A stretch of 10,893 nucleotides of DNA. It comes from Candidatus Iainarchaeum sp. (GTDB lineage Archaea > Iainarchaeota > Iainarchaeia > Iainarchaeales > Iainarchaeaceae). The first letter of the stretch is position 1. Each line of letters begins with the position of its first letter. The DNA lies in assembly GCA_043812975.1 (NCBI GenBank), contig JBDRLP010000006.1, forward strand, positions 1-10,893. Direction: 5' to 3'. Shown here one piece after another: positions 1 to 6,294 of this stretch. The position numbers and the translations under genes are program-made. The notes under the pieces are model-generated. The model made no database searches and was not told the DNA's origin. It saw only the letters and a program-made list of their open reading frames with translations.

Positions 1-101
1 TGTACTATTATTTGGTCTTCTTCTGCGGCATGTGCTATTGGTGCCACAAGAATTAATGGTATTATGAGTAAGGGGAAGATAACTTCCAATTGTTTTAACA
101 T
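1..101 (-). CDS. 5' part of a secreted or membrane protein with a Sec-type signal peptide (runs off the left edge)
   Basis: Manual translation from the ATG at 101 gives MLKQLEVIFPLLIIPLILVAPIAHAAEEDQIIV..., with a hydrophobic core and an AHA|A cleavage motif. A GAGGAGG RBS lies just upstream (about 110-116), overlapping the stop of the pilin gene. Not in the ORF track. Confidence 0.75.
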   Translation of the reverse strand, partial: MLKQLEVIFPLLIIPLILVAPIAHAAEEDQIIV

Positions 102-114
102 TTTGTAATCCTCC

Positions 115-420
115 TCATAATCCTGGTGGTGTGGATGTCAAGTAATTCACCATTAGTGGTGCTATCCAAACCAGAACCAAACCAACTATGGCGTATGATA
201 CCATTGATTTTGCGTTTTCTCTTGATTGTATGTTGCTTCCTGAGAACATGTACATTGCTCCTGCAATGGTTATTGCGATTATTCCGAGTATTGAAACAAC
301 GCCTTTGATTAGGTCGTATATTTTTGTTATTGGCGCGGTAATGGATTCGATGTCTCCTGCGGCAAAAACCATTGGCGACAACAAAAACATTATTGCTAGT
401 AGTGCTACAATTTTTTTCAT
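115..420 (-). CDS. TrbC/VirB2-like pilin (101 aa)
   Basis: The likely start is the ATG at 420 (MKKIVALLAIMFLLSPMVFA|A), with a GGAGGT RBS at about 430-435. After the signal peptide come two hydrophobic helices separated by 'MFSGSNIQSRENAKSM..YAIVGL', the typical VirB2/TrbC pilin pattern. Confidence 0.75.
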   Translation of the reverse strand: MKKIVALLAIMFLLSPMVFAAGDIESITAPITKIYDLIKGVVSILGIIAITIAGAMYMFSGSNIQSRENAKSMVSYAIVGLVLVWIAPLMVNYLTSTPPGL

Positions 421-470
421 TTTCAAAAAACCTCCAAAAGGTATAATTCCTAAAACAATCGCCTTCGAGG

Positions 471-480
471 TTTTATAAAA
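471..480. promoter_or_regulatory. Palindromic TATA box, probable pilin-operon promoter
   Basis: TTTTATAAAA lies about 50 nt upstream of the pilin ATG, in a divergent intergenic region. Confidence 0.55.
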
Positions 481-487
481 CAATTTT

Positions 488-526
488 GTTAATCACAGTT
501 AACCAAGACTTAACTACGCTTAACTA
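488..526. repeat. Four helically phased TTAA(C) repeats
   Basis: TTAA occurs at 489, 499, 510 and 520 (spacing 10/11/10). CTTAACTA occurs at both 509-516 and 519-526. Confidence 0.5.
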
Positions 527-575
527 AAATAATAAAAACAATGCAAACACCGAGTTTATTTTAGAGGTGGTATCA

Positions 576-728
576 GTGTACCAGCAAACAAGTCTACAAC
601 AAAAAAGAACAGTAAAAAATTCAAGCAAGAATGCTGAACTTGAGGAATTCAAAAAAATACACTCAGAAACATTCATCTACTTCCTAGAGCAGTATGAGAA
701 GTGGAAGGAATTGAAAAAAGAATCTTAG
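576..728 (+). CDS. Small hypothetical protein (50 aa)
   Basis: GTG start at 576 preceded by a GAGGTG RBS (564-569). Translation: MYQQTSLQQKRTVKNSSKNAELEEFKKIHSETFIYFLEQYEKWKELKKES. The TAG at 726-728 overlaps the convergent gene's stop. It is shorter than any ORF in the track. Confidence 0.6.
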   Translation: MYQQTSLQQKRTVKNSSKNAELEEFKKIHSETFIYFLEQYEKWKELKKES

Positions 729-1180
729 TTATTTGGTAGTAATTTCATTGCTTTATCTAATGTACTATCAACTTCTTCTTTTTTATACCATGGTTTAGTT
801 ATGCTAATTCGTTTTTCAATATCTTTGCGGGATAATTTTTCGTCTTTATGTAAGTAGATAATTGATGAAAATAATTCTGCTTTAGAAGTGTCTGAAATTA
901 ATTCAATAATTTTCTTTTTATTATTCTCAACATTCACGTTTTCTTCGTTTGATAGTCTAGTGTTTCGAGCTATTTCACTAGTGTATATTCCACCTAACTC
1001 AAAACAGAAAGGCCCTCGTTTGTACCAAGTAAAAGTTAACTCTTCTAAATCCACTATGCCAAAAATTTTTAGAAGATAAGTAGTTTTCTGGAATTTTAGT
1101 CTATTGTCAAAGCTATCTAAATCAAGCTTACCAAAAATTGCTTCATATGCTTTGACTGCTTTTTGGCGTGCCGATCCCAT
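725..1180 (-). CDS. YwgA/SocA (Panacea)-like winged-helix protein, putative antitoxin
   Basis: Motifs 'RLKFQKTTYLL' and 'FTWYKRGPFCFEL' match the KLQKxxY...F.xY.GPxSxEL signature. The C-terminus has 'ELFSSIIYL...KPWY'. A GTGAT RBS precedes the ATG. Confidence 0.6.
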   Translation of the reverse strand: MGSARQKAVKAYEAIFGKLDLDSFDNRLKFQKTTYLLKIFGIVDLEELTFTWYKRGPFCFELGGIYTSEIARNTRLSNEENVNVENNKKKIIELISDTSKAELFSSIIYLHKDEKLSRKDIEKRISITKPWYKKEEVDSTLDKAMKLLPNN

Positions 1181-1212
1181 ATAATCACTAAATACTAACC
1201 ACTAAGTAATAC

Positions 1213-1929
1213 TTAAATATTGCTCTCCGCCCCATTTTTGCGTTGCAATTCTTTTACTCTTGTCATAGCTGTTTTAATCAAGTCAACGAGCTCTGTTACT
1301 TTATTTGGGGGTATTTTGTCAATTCTATCATTTTCTAATTCTAAAAATTCATCTAAAAGTGAGTCAATTTCCTCACAAGTTTTTTCAAGATCTTCATCAA
1401 ACGGCTCAGCTAAGAATTCATCTAGTGCTGTTCTATTTGGCAATTTATAATTCCTAGATGGGTCGTCTGGCTGTAATGATCCCTTCATTCTTTTGAATGA
1501 ATATTCTAGTCCTTTAAGTTTTCTGTTTTCTCTAATTTTTATAAAATTTACGATGCTGTCTTTGAGTTTGATAAAAAGGCGTTCAGCTCCCCTAATAGCC
1601 AAATCAATTTCTTCTAATTGATCGCCTCTTATGACTTCAAACTCTTGAAAACTTTCCCACTCTTTTAGATCATTAGCCGGATAATATTCTGATTCAATTT
1701 TGACAAAAAGTTTTTCTTTGGCTGTCTTCTTTATTGTTTCTATAAATTTTTTTAACTGCTCTTCATCCTTTACTTGGCAAAAAATTTCTACTTGGTCCCC
1801 ATCACCAATATTCATTACTCTGCCAGGTATTTTAGGGTCAGAAGAATTAGAAATTTGTTCTATAGTTTCTCTTAATCGAACGCCATGTATTTGATCTTCT
1901 GATGAAAGCAAAACCCTATAAACTTCCAT
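1213..1929 (-). CDS. Acylphosphatase-fold protein with a long helical C-terminal extension
   Basis: 'QIHGVRLR' resembles the AcyP VQGVGFR motif, and 'GRVMNIGDGDQVEIFC' resembles GWVRNLPDGSVEI. The acidic, coiled-coil-like C-terminal half is unassigned. Confidence 0.6.
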   Translation of the reverse strand: MEVYRVLLSSEDQIHGVRLRETIEQISNSSDPKIPGRVMNIGDGDQVEIFCQVKDEEQLKKFIETIKKTAKEKLFVKIESEYYPANDLKEWESFQEFEVIRGDQLEEIDLAIRGAERLFIKLKDSIVNFIKIRENRKLKGLEYSFKRMKGSLQPDDPSRNYKLPNRTALDEFLAEPFDEDLEKTCEEIDSLLDEFLELENDRIDKIPPNKVTELVDLIKTAMTRVKELQRKNGAESNI

Positions 1930-2054
1930 TATACCCTTCTGATTAAATTCGTTTAAAAAACCTTCTAGTTTTCTCTAATTAAAAACAATTATATTTAACC
2001 TTGCAGTTATTACTTTCAACTAATTTTTTCCAACAAAGGAGTAGCATTTTTTCA

Positions 2055-3131
2055 TTAAAGCGACCATTTTGTCGAGGTACAGCCTTTCCCTTGCCCTGCT
2101 AAAAGTGAATCCATAAATGCCTTTTGTTCTTTTTTGTCTCTGATTTCTCCAACAATAACCCGGTCAGGCCTCATCCTTAAAGTATTTGTAATTAATTCCT
2201 GCATTCCAAGGTCAATTGAATCTGCATTGGCAAGTTTCACAAAATGTTTGTGAGGTACATTAATTTCCGGTGTTTCTTCAACAAGAATAATTCTTTCATT
2301 TGCAGGAACAAAATTTAAGAGACTATTGAGAAGAGTTGTTTTTCCTGATCCTGTGTTTCCGCAGACTAACAATGAACAATCAGCCTGAATTGCCATCCAT
2401 AAAAAGGCAAGTTGGTCAATAGAAACAGAACCAATATCAGCTAAATCTGTTGGAGTGAATGGTTGTTCGCGAAACTTTCTGATTGTTAATGAAGGTCCGG
2501 AAACTGAAGCAGGTTCAATACAAGCATTAAGTCTTGAGCCATCACTTAGAACAGCATTAAGCCTTGGATTTTGTAAAGTCAGTCTTCTTCCTATTGTGCC
2601 GGCCATTGCATTTACAATAGTTTTGATTTCAGAATTATCTGAAAAGTATAAGTTGGTCGGAAGCCATCCAAAGATAGAATCGAAAACATAAACAGGCTTT
2701 GATTTCCCCAAACCAATAACTGCAATTTCCTCAAGTTCCTTGTCCTCAAGAAGGTTTGTCAGGATTCCGGCAGGAGTTGTAATATTTTCGATTAATTTTT
2801 TTAAGTACTTTTTTTGATCTCTGTCCAGGGTTATATGGTTTTTTTCACAATAGATTTCCAGTGCCTGATTCGGCTGATTTTCTTTAGTGTTTGTACTGCT
2901 ATTTCTGTAATGTTCAAGCGTATTTCTGAGTAGTTTTGCTTCATCTATGCTTAATTCAGGGGTGTTTTTGAGCAAATAAACTAGTTTTCCGCTTTTTTCC
3001 TGTATAATCTCCCTTGAATCCCCAGCCGCGGAAACAACCTTGGCTCTGTCCTTTTCTTTTAACCCAAAAACCCTCCAGCCAAGAGCCTCTTCTACCTTCA
3101 AACATTCAAATACTTGCTTCGAAACCCCCAT
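2055..3131 (-). pseudogene. CpaF/VirB11/KlbA-family pilus secretion ATPase, C-terminally truncated
   Basis: Contains 'LSDGSRLNA', 'TIRKF', Walker A GNTGSGKTT, Asp box 'VEETPEI' and Walker B 'LRMRPDRVIVGEIR'. It ends at 'AGQGKGCTSTKWSL*', lacking the T-x-H-A His box and everything downstream. I found no continuation in the other frames. Confidence 0.75.
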
Positions 3132-3210
3132 CTATATATTACGTTGATTGTCGTATATATTGGTTTTGGTTTTTGCAAACTATTTTAAGTAAAAGATTGG
3201 TTTCTCTTGT
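3132..3210. promoter_or_regulatory. Divergent promoter region with TATA elements
   Basis: TATATAT at about 3133-3139 and 3154-3160. The latter is about 25 nt upstream of the ATPase ATG, a spacing typical of leaderless transcripts. Confidence 0.4.
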
Positions 3211-3546
3211 ATGCGGATTCGTGGAGGAAGAATTGTAGATTTCTGGAAAAATATTCAGAATTCTGTGAGAAAATCAAGGTTTAATCGATTAATGAATTGG
3301 TCAATATTAAATGATAGAAAGGGTGAAAGAAGAAAAAAGCGAATTAATAGCAAAACAGGAGCCACTTTTTTTATGAATCCTGCAGAAGCAGTCGGAATGA
3401 AAAAACCAAAACCAGAAGTAGTAAGTTCTATTGGAGCTGTAGATTATCCTCGTGGTCCTGCTATTGATTTGAAGGAAGGAGTAGTTGGTTTGAAAAATAG
3501 GCGTGTTCCTGGTTCAGACAGGAGAAAAAAATCAAAGAAAAAATAA
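3211..3546 (+). CDS. Hypothetical highly basic protein (111 aa)
   Basis: ATG-started ORF filling the intergenic gap. It is R/K-rich with no recognisable motif. Confidence 0.55.
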   Translation: MRIRGGRIVDFWKNIQNSVRKSRFNRLMNWSILNDRKGERRKKRINSKTGATFFMNPAEAVGMKKPKPEVVSSIGAVDYPRGPAIDLKEGVVGLKNRRVPGSDRRKKSKKK

Positions 3547-3605
3547 TTATGTAGAACTTATTCTTGTGATTAAGTTTAAATTCTGTTTTATGAGAAAACT
3601 ATATT

Positions 3606-3809
3606 ATGGATTTAGATGAAATTGGTGATATTGCAGATCGTCCTGACATACCCATAAGGAAATTTGCACCTAAATCTAAACAACCTGAAAAAAAATGTCA
3701 GGTTTGCAGGAAAGGGATAACCAAAGAGAACACTCCGTCTATTTTATATTATTCAAAATTCTGTTCCAATCAGTGTAAGGAACGTTATATGTATTCAACA
3801 GATATTTAA
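3606..3809 (+). CDS. Small zinc-finger protein (TRASH/treble-clef-like)
   Basis: Cysteine pattern CQVC-x-FCSNQC. TTTAAA at about 3575-3580 is roughly 26-31 nt upstream of the ATG. Confidence 0.65.
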   Translation: MDLDEIGDIADRPDIPIRKFAPKSKQPEKKCQVCRKGITKENTPSILYYSKFCSNQCKERYMYSTDI

Positions 3810-4156
3810 TTCCACTTCAACTTTTCTCCTAATTTTATTTTGCTTGCAGTTTCTTTTGGAAGTTCCACAAAATACTTTGCTGATTTTTTTGGAGTGTAAT
3901 TCAATATCCACGGATTTAATGTTGTTTTATCAACAACTATTTTTTCGGAATTAAGGTAAACAATATCTATAGGAAAAAACACGAACAGCATGTGGACACT
4001 TGAATTTATTCTTCCTTCTTTATCTAGTTCAAAAACTAATCCGTAATCAAAGTTTTCTTTTTTTTCAAACATCAAACCCTTAAACCTTGAAAACGAAGTA
4101 TTGGCTGTTTTGGTTTTTTCAATTATTTTTTTTCCAGAAGTAGAATTAATTAACAT
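3806..4156 (-). CDS. DUF192 (UPF0127) family protein
   Basis: Motifs 'ANTSFSRFKGLMF', 'VHMLFVFFPIDIVYLN' and 'AKYFVELP...IKLGEKL'. The start is the ATG at 4156 or the TTG at 4162. Confidence 0.9.
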   Translation of the reverse strand: MLINSTSGKKIIEKTKTANTSFSRFKGLMFEKKENFDYGLVFELDKEGRINSSVHMLFVFFPIDIVYLNSEKIVVDKTTLNPWILNYTPKKSAKYFVELPKETASKIKLGEKLKWN

Positions 4157-4162
4157 TAACAA

Positions 4163-4402
4163 TCAGTGCTTTTTCTTTTCTTCTCTTATCATTTCAATAC
4201 TCGGCACCTTTATTTCCTCGAGCATTGTCTTTGACTCTTTTGGAGTTATAGAATTGAATTGTTCTCTAGCAAGTTCTTTTCTAAGGGAATCGATTTCGCT
4301 CAGTTTAACCTGCATTTCCTCAAGGATATTCTCAACTCTTTCTTTTTTGCTGTTGGAAGCTTTTTTTTTCATACTCTCAATTTTCCCGTTCTTTTTAACC
4401 AT
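4163..4402 (-). CDS. Small charged coiled-coil hypothetical protein
   Basis: K/E-rich ORF directly abutting the DUF192 gene. The start is the ATG at 4402 or the GTG at 4411. Confidence 0.6.
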   Translation of the reverse strand: MVKKNGKIESMKKKASNSKKERVENILEEMQVKLSEIDSLRKELAREQFNSITPKESKTMLEEIKVPSIEMIREEKKKH

Positions 4403-4475
4403 TAAAACCACATTATTTGAGGTCTTTCACATATTAATAGTTTGTTGTTGCACCGGCAACCACGTCTAAAAACCA

Positions 4476-4481
4476 TTTAAA
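4476..4481 (+). promoter_or_regulatory. TATA box for the LAGLIDADG gene (probably leaderless; may read through into the tRNA)
   Basis: TTTAAA preceded by an A-rich BRE-like stretch, 23-28 nt upstream of ATG 4504. There is no RBS before the ATG. Confidence 0.55.
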
Positions 4482-4503
4482 GCCTCAAAAATCAAATTCT
4501 TTA

Positions 4504-5463
4504 ATGCAGGAAAAATTATCGATTTTTGATGTTAAATCAGATTGGTTGAAAGATCAAGTTTATGTTCATGGTTTGAGGGAAGAAATAAGGGAAATCCTTG
4601 TCCATTTAGGCGGTCCATCAAAGGCATGTCATTTGCTTGGAGTTTCTTATGTTGCTTTGAAAGAGTGGCCGCATGGAAGAAAACCAATCTCGCTTGAGAA
4701 ACTCAATACACTGATTGGTTTTTGTGATGCTCCGTTTCAAAAAGAAATTAAATCAAAGATTGATTCAAAAGAAATTTTATTGAGTTGCAGGTACTCTCCT
4801 CACAAAATAAAATTTCCCAAAATTATTACTCCAGATTTAGCTTATCTTCTTGGTATATGTCTTGGAGATGGAACCTTTGCAGGAGATTCTTCCAATGGAA
4901 AAGGGAATTGGATAATCGGTGCTTTCTTTGACAACCGAGAACATCAAGCGTTGTGTGATTTAATTATCTTGAAAATTTTTGGTATTAAGGCAAAACAATA
5001 CGATTCTAAGGAAAATTGTTTTGAGTCATATTTTGGCTCAAAAGTGTTGCACTGGTTTTTCAGAAGCTACTTTGGAGTTTGCAATGGGTATAAATGTAAT
5101 AGAATATTCGGTCCTGATTTAATTTTAAAATCAGATAAAAAGATTGTTTCTTCGTTTTTGCAGGGTTTGTTCGATTCTGATGGAACAATAAATAACAGAA
5201 ATGTTGTGAAGTATGCGAGCACCAGCAAGGTCATGGTTGAGCAAGTAAGGGCTGTGCTCACAGGGTTTGGCATTGACTCAGGATTTTCTAAATGGCTTAA
5301 GGCTGAGAAGTATTTGCCCCTTTATACAGCCGAAGTGAGGTCTAAGAATAACGTTTTAAAGTTTGCCGAACGCATTAATTTTAGACATCCAGGTAAACAT
5401 GCTAGATTGCTTGGTGTTGAAATAAAATCAAATAAAATCGCTATTAATAGCCCCGTCGTCTAG
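4504..5463 (+). CDS. Free-standing two-motif LAGLIDADG homing endonuclease with an N-terminal HTH
   Basis: Motif 1 'LAYLLGICLGDG' and motif 2 'FLQGLFDSDG', both with the acidic catalytic residue. The HTH-like segment is 'GPSKACHLLGVSYVALKEWPHGRKPISL'. There are no intein splicing motifs. The last codons S-P-V-V-stop are tRNA nucleotides 1-15. Confidence 0.9.
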   Translation: MQEKLSIFDVKSDWLKDQVYVHGLREEIREILVHLGGPSKACHLLGVSYVALKEWPHGRKPISLEKLNTLIGFCDAPFQKEIKSKIDSKEILLSCRYSPHKIKFPKIITPDLAYLLGICLGDGTFAGDSSNGKGNWIIGAFFDNREHQALCDLIILKIFGIKAKQYDSKENCFESYFGSKVLHWFFRSYFGVCNGYKCNRIFGPDLILKSDKKIVSSFLQGLFDSDGTINNRNVVKYASTSKVMVEQVRAVLTGFGIDSGFSKWLKAEKYLPLYTAEVRSKNNVLKFAERINFRHPGKHARLLGVEIKSNKIAINSPVV

Positions 5464-5565
5464 CGGCCAAGGGGACTCAGTCCATTGATTAATGATTGCT
5501 GGTTCCCGTCGAAAGGATATTGGATTCTGGATCCAATGACCAGAGTTCGAATCTCTGCGGGGCTA
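5449..5565 (+). tRNA. tRNA-Gln(CTG) with a D-loop intron
   Basis: Acceptor stem AGCCCCG 5449-55 / CGGGGCT 5558-64. D-stem GTCT/GGAT. Anticodon arm TTGGA-TT-CTG-GA-TCCAA, with the anticodon at 5527-5529. T-arm CAGAG-TTCGAAT-CTCTG. Discriminator A5565, no encoded CCA. The A1-U72 pair is typical of archaeal tRNA-Gln. The spliced length is 73 nt. Confidence 0.95.
5470..5513 (+). other. 44-nt non-canonical tRNA intron in the D-loop (just before position 21) with a relaxed bulge-helix-bulge motif
   Basis: The central 4-bp helix is CGGC 5464-67 / GTCG 5508-11, with 3-nt bulges CAA 5468-70 and AAA 5512-14 and an inner helix GGGGAC/GTTCCC. Cutting after the second nucleotide of each bulge restores ...GCGGCCA|AGGAT.... 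Confidence 0.88.
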
Positions 5566-5582
5566 TTTTGCTATTTTATTCA
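5566..5582 (+). terminator. T-rich putative terminator after the tRNA
   Basis: TTTTGCTATTTTATT immediately follows the discriminator base. Confidence 0.35.
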
Positions 5583-5629
5583 TTCTACTTGTAAGAAATT
5601 AATAAATATGTTAAAAGCATATTAAATTT

Positions 5630-6235
5630 ATGGCGAAACGTCTTAGAGATTCAAAAAAATGGTTTGATTATATTATGAAAAGTATTACTAGTGCGTATCC
5701 TAAACAGAGACAACGAAATAAATCTTTGGATAGACAAAGAAGCGCTCACTTATTTGAATTACAGAAAAAAGCTGATGAATTGGCTGATTCTAAAGGAACT
5801 GATTCAAAAGAGCATAAGAGAGTATTGGCTGAAATTAAAAATGTAGATAGTACAAGGAAATATCATAGACGTGTTGCCATAGGAATACATGCTCGAATTG
5901 TAACTGATACTGTGTTAAAATTATTTGACTATAATAAAACATTACCCGCAAGAGACTTAAGAGATTTAAGAAAAGCAAGTGAGGATTTTTTGAAAGTTCT
6001 TCTTCCTCAAGCTAAGGGTATGATGTCTAAAGAAAGTATTATTCCTGCGGTTCGTATTTCGAGTGACAAGTTTGTGGATGCTGTTAGACCAATCTTAGGA
6101 GATACTGGCGGGTTAGAATACTATTCTAGTATAGGAGCTCATGTTTTTGGAACTGATATTGGTCGTTCTCCAAAAATTGTTCAAAGAGGTAATCTGCTTG
6201 ATGCAGAGGAATTTTTTCGCAGGCGAAAAAGGTAA
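5630..6235 (+). CDS. Hypothetical basic protein (201 aa)
   Basis: Long ATG-started ORF with an AT-rich promoter-like upstream region. It is R/K-rich at both termini with no recognisable domain. Confidence 0.7.
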   Translation: MAKRLRDSKKWFDYIMKSITSAYPKQRQRNKSLDRQRSAHLFELQKKADELADSKGTDSKEHKRVLAEIKNVDSTRKYHRRVAIGIHARIVTDTVLKLFDYNKTLPARDLRDLRKASEDFLKVLLPQAKGMMSKESIIPAVRISSDKFVDAVRPILGDTGGLEYYSSIGAHVFGTDIGRSPKIVQRGNLLDAEEFFRRRKR

Positions 6236-6294
6236 TTAGTAGAATTTCTAAAAAATTACTATTTAAAATGTATTCCGAATCTCGGTTCCTTATT

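Noticed and set aside
126..478. Plus-strand ORFs 126..308 and 188..478, and the 421-483 extension of the pilin ORF
   Set aside because: The two ORFs are antisense shadows of the pilin. The extension covers the RBS and TATA box, so the ATG at 420 is preferred.
2061..2081. TGTACCTCGACAAAA (minus strand) as a Tn7/IS481-like transposon end
   Set aside because: I found no matching opposite end, no target-site duplication, no repeated transposase-binding sites and no transposase in the window. It is kept only as a possibility within the truncation finding.
2055..2081. CTSTKWSL as the N-terminal half of a split intein
   Set aside because: It is only 8 aa and does not match intein block A apart from the Cys.
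4504..5463. LAGLIDADG ORF as part of an intein or as an ORF inside a tRNA/rRNA intron
   Set aside because: It has no splicing blocks or exteins. The tRNA is complete downstream, and no exon-like RNA sequence is visible upstream.
6276..6283. CGAATCTC shared with the tRNA T-arm, as a possible att-site duplication
   Set aside because: The match is only 8 bp, does not include the tRNA 3' end, and there is no integrase, so it is probably chance.
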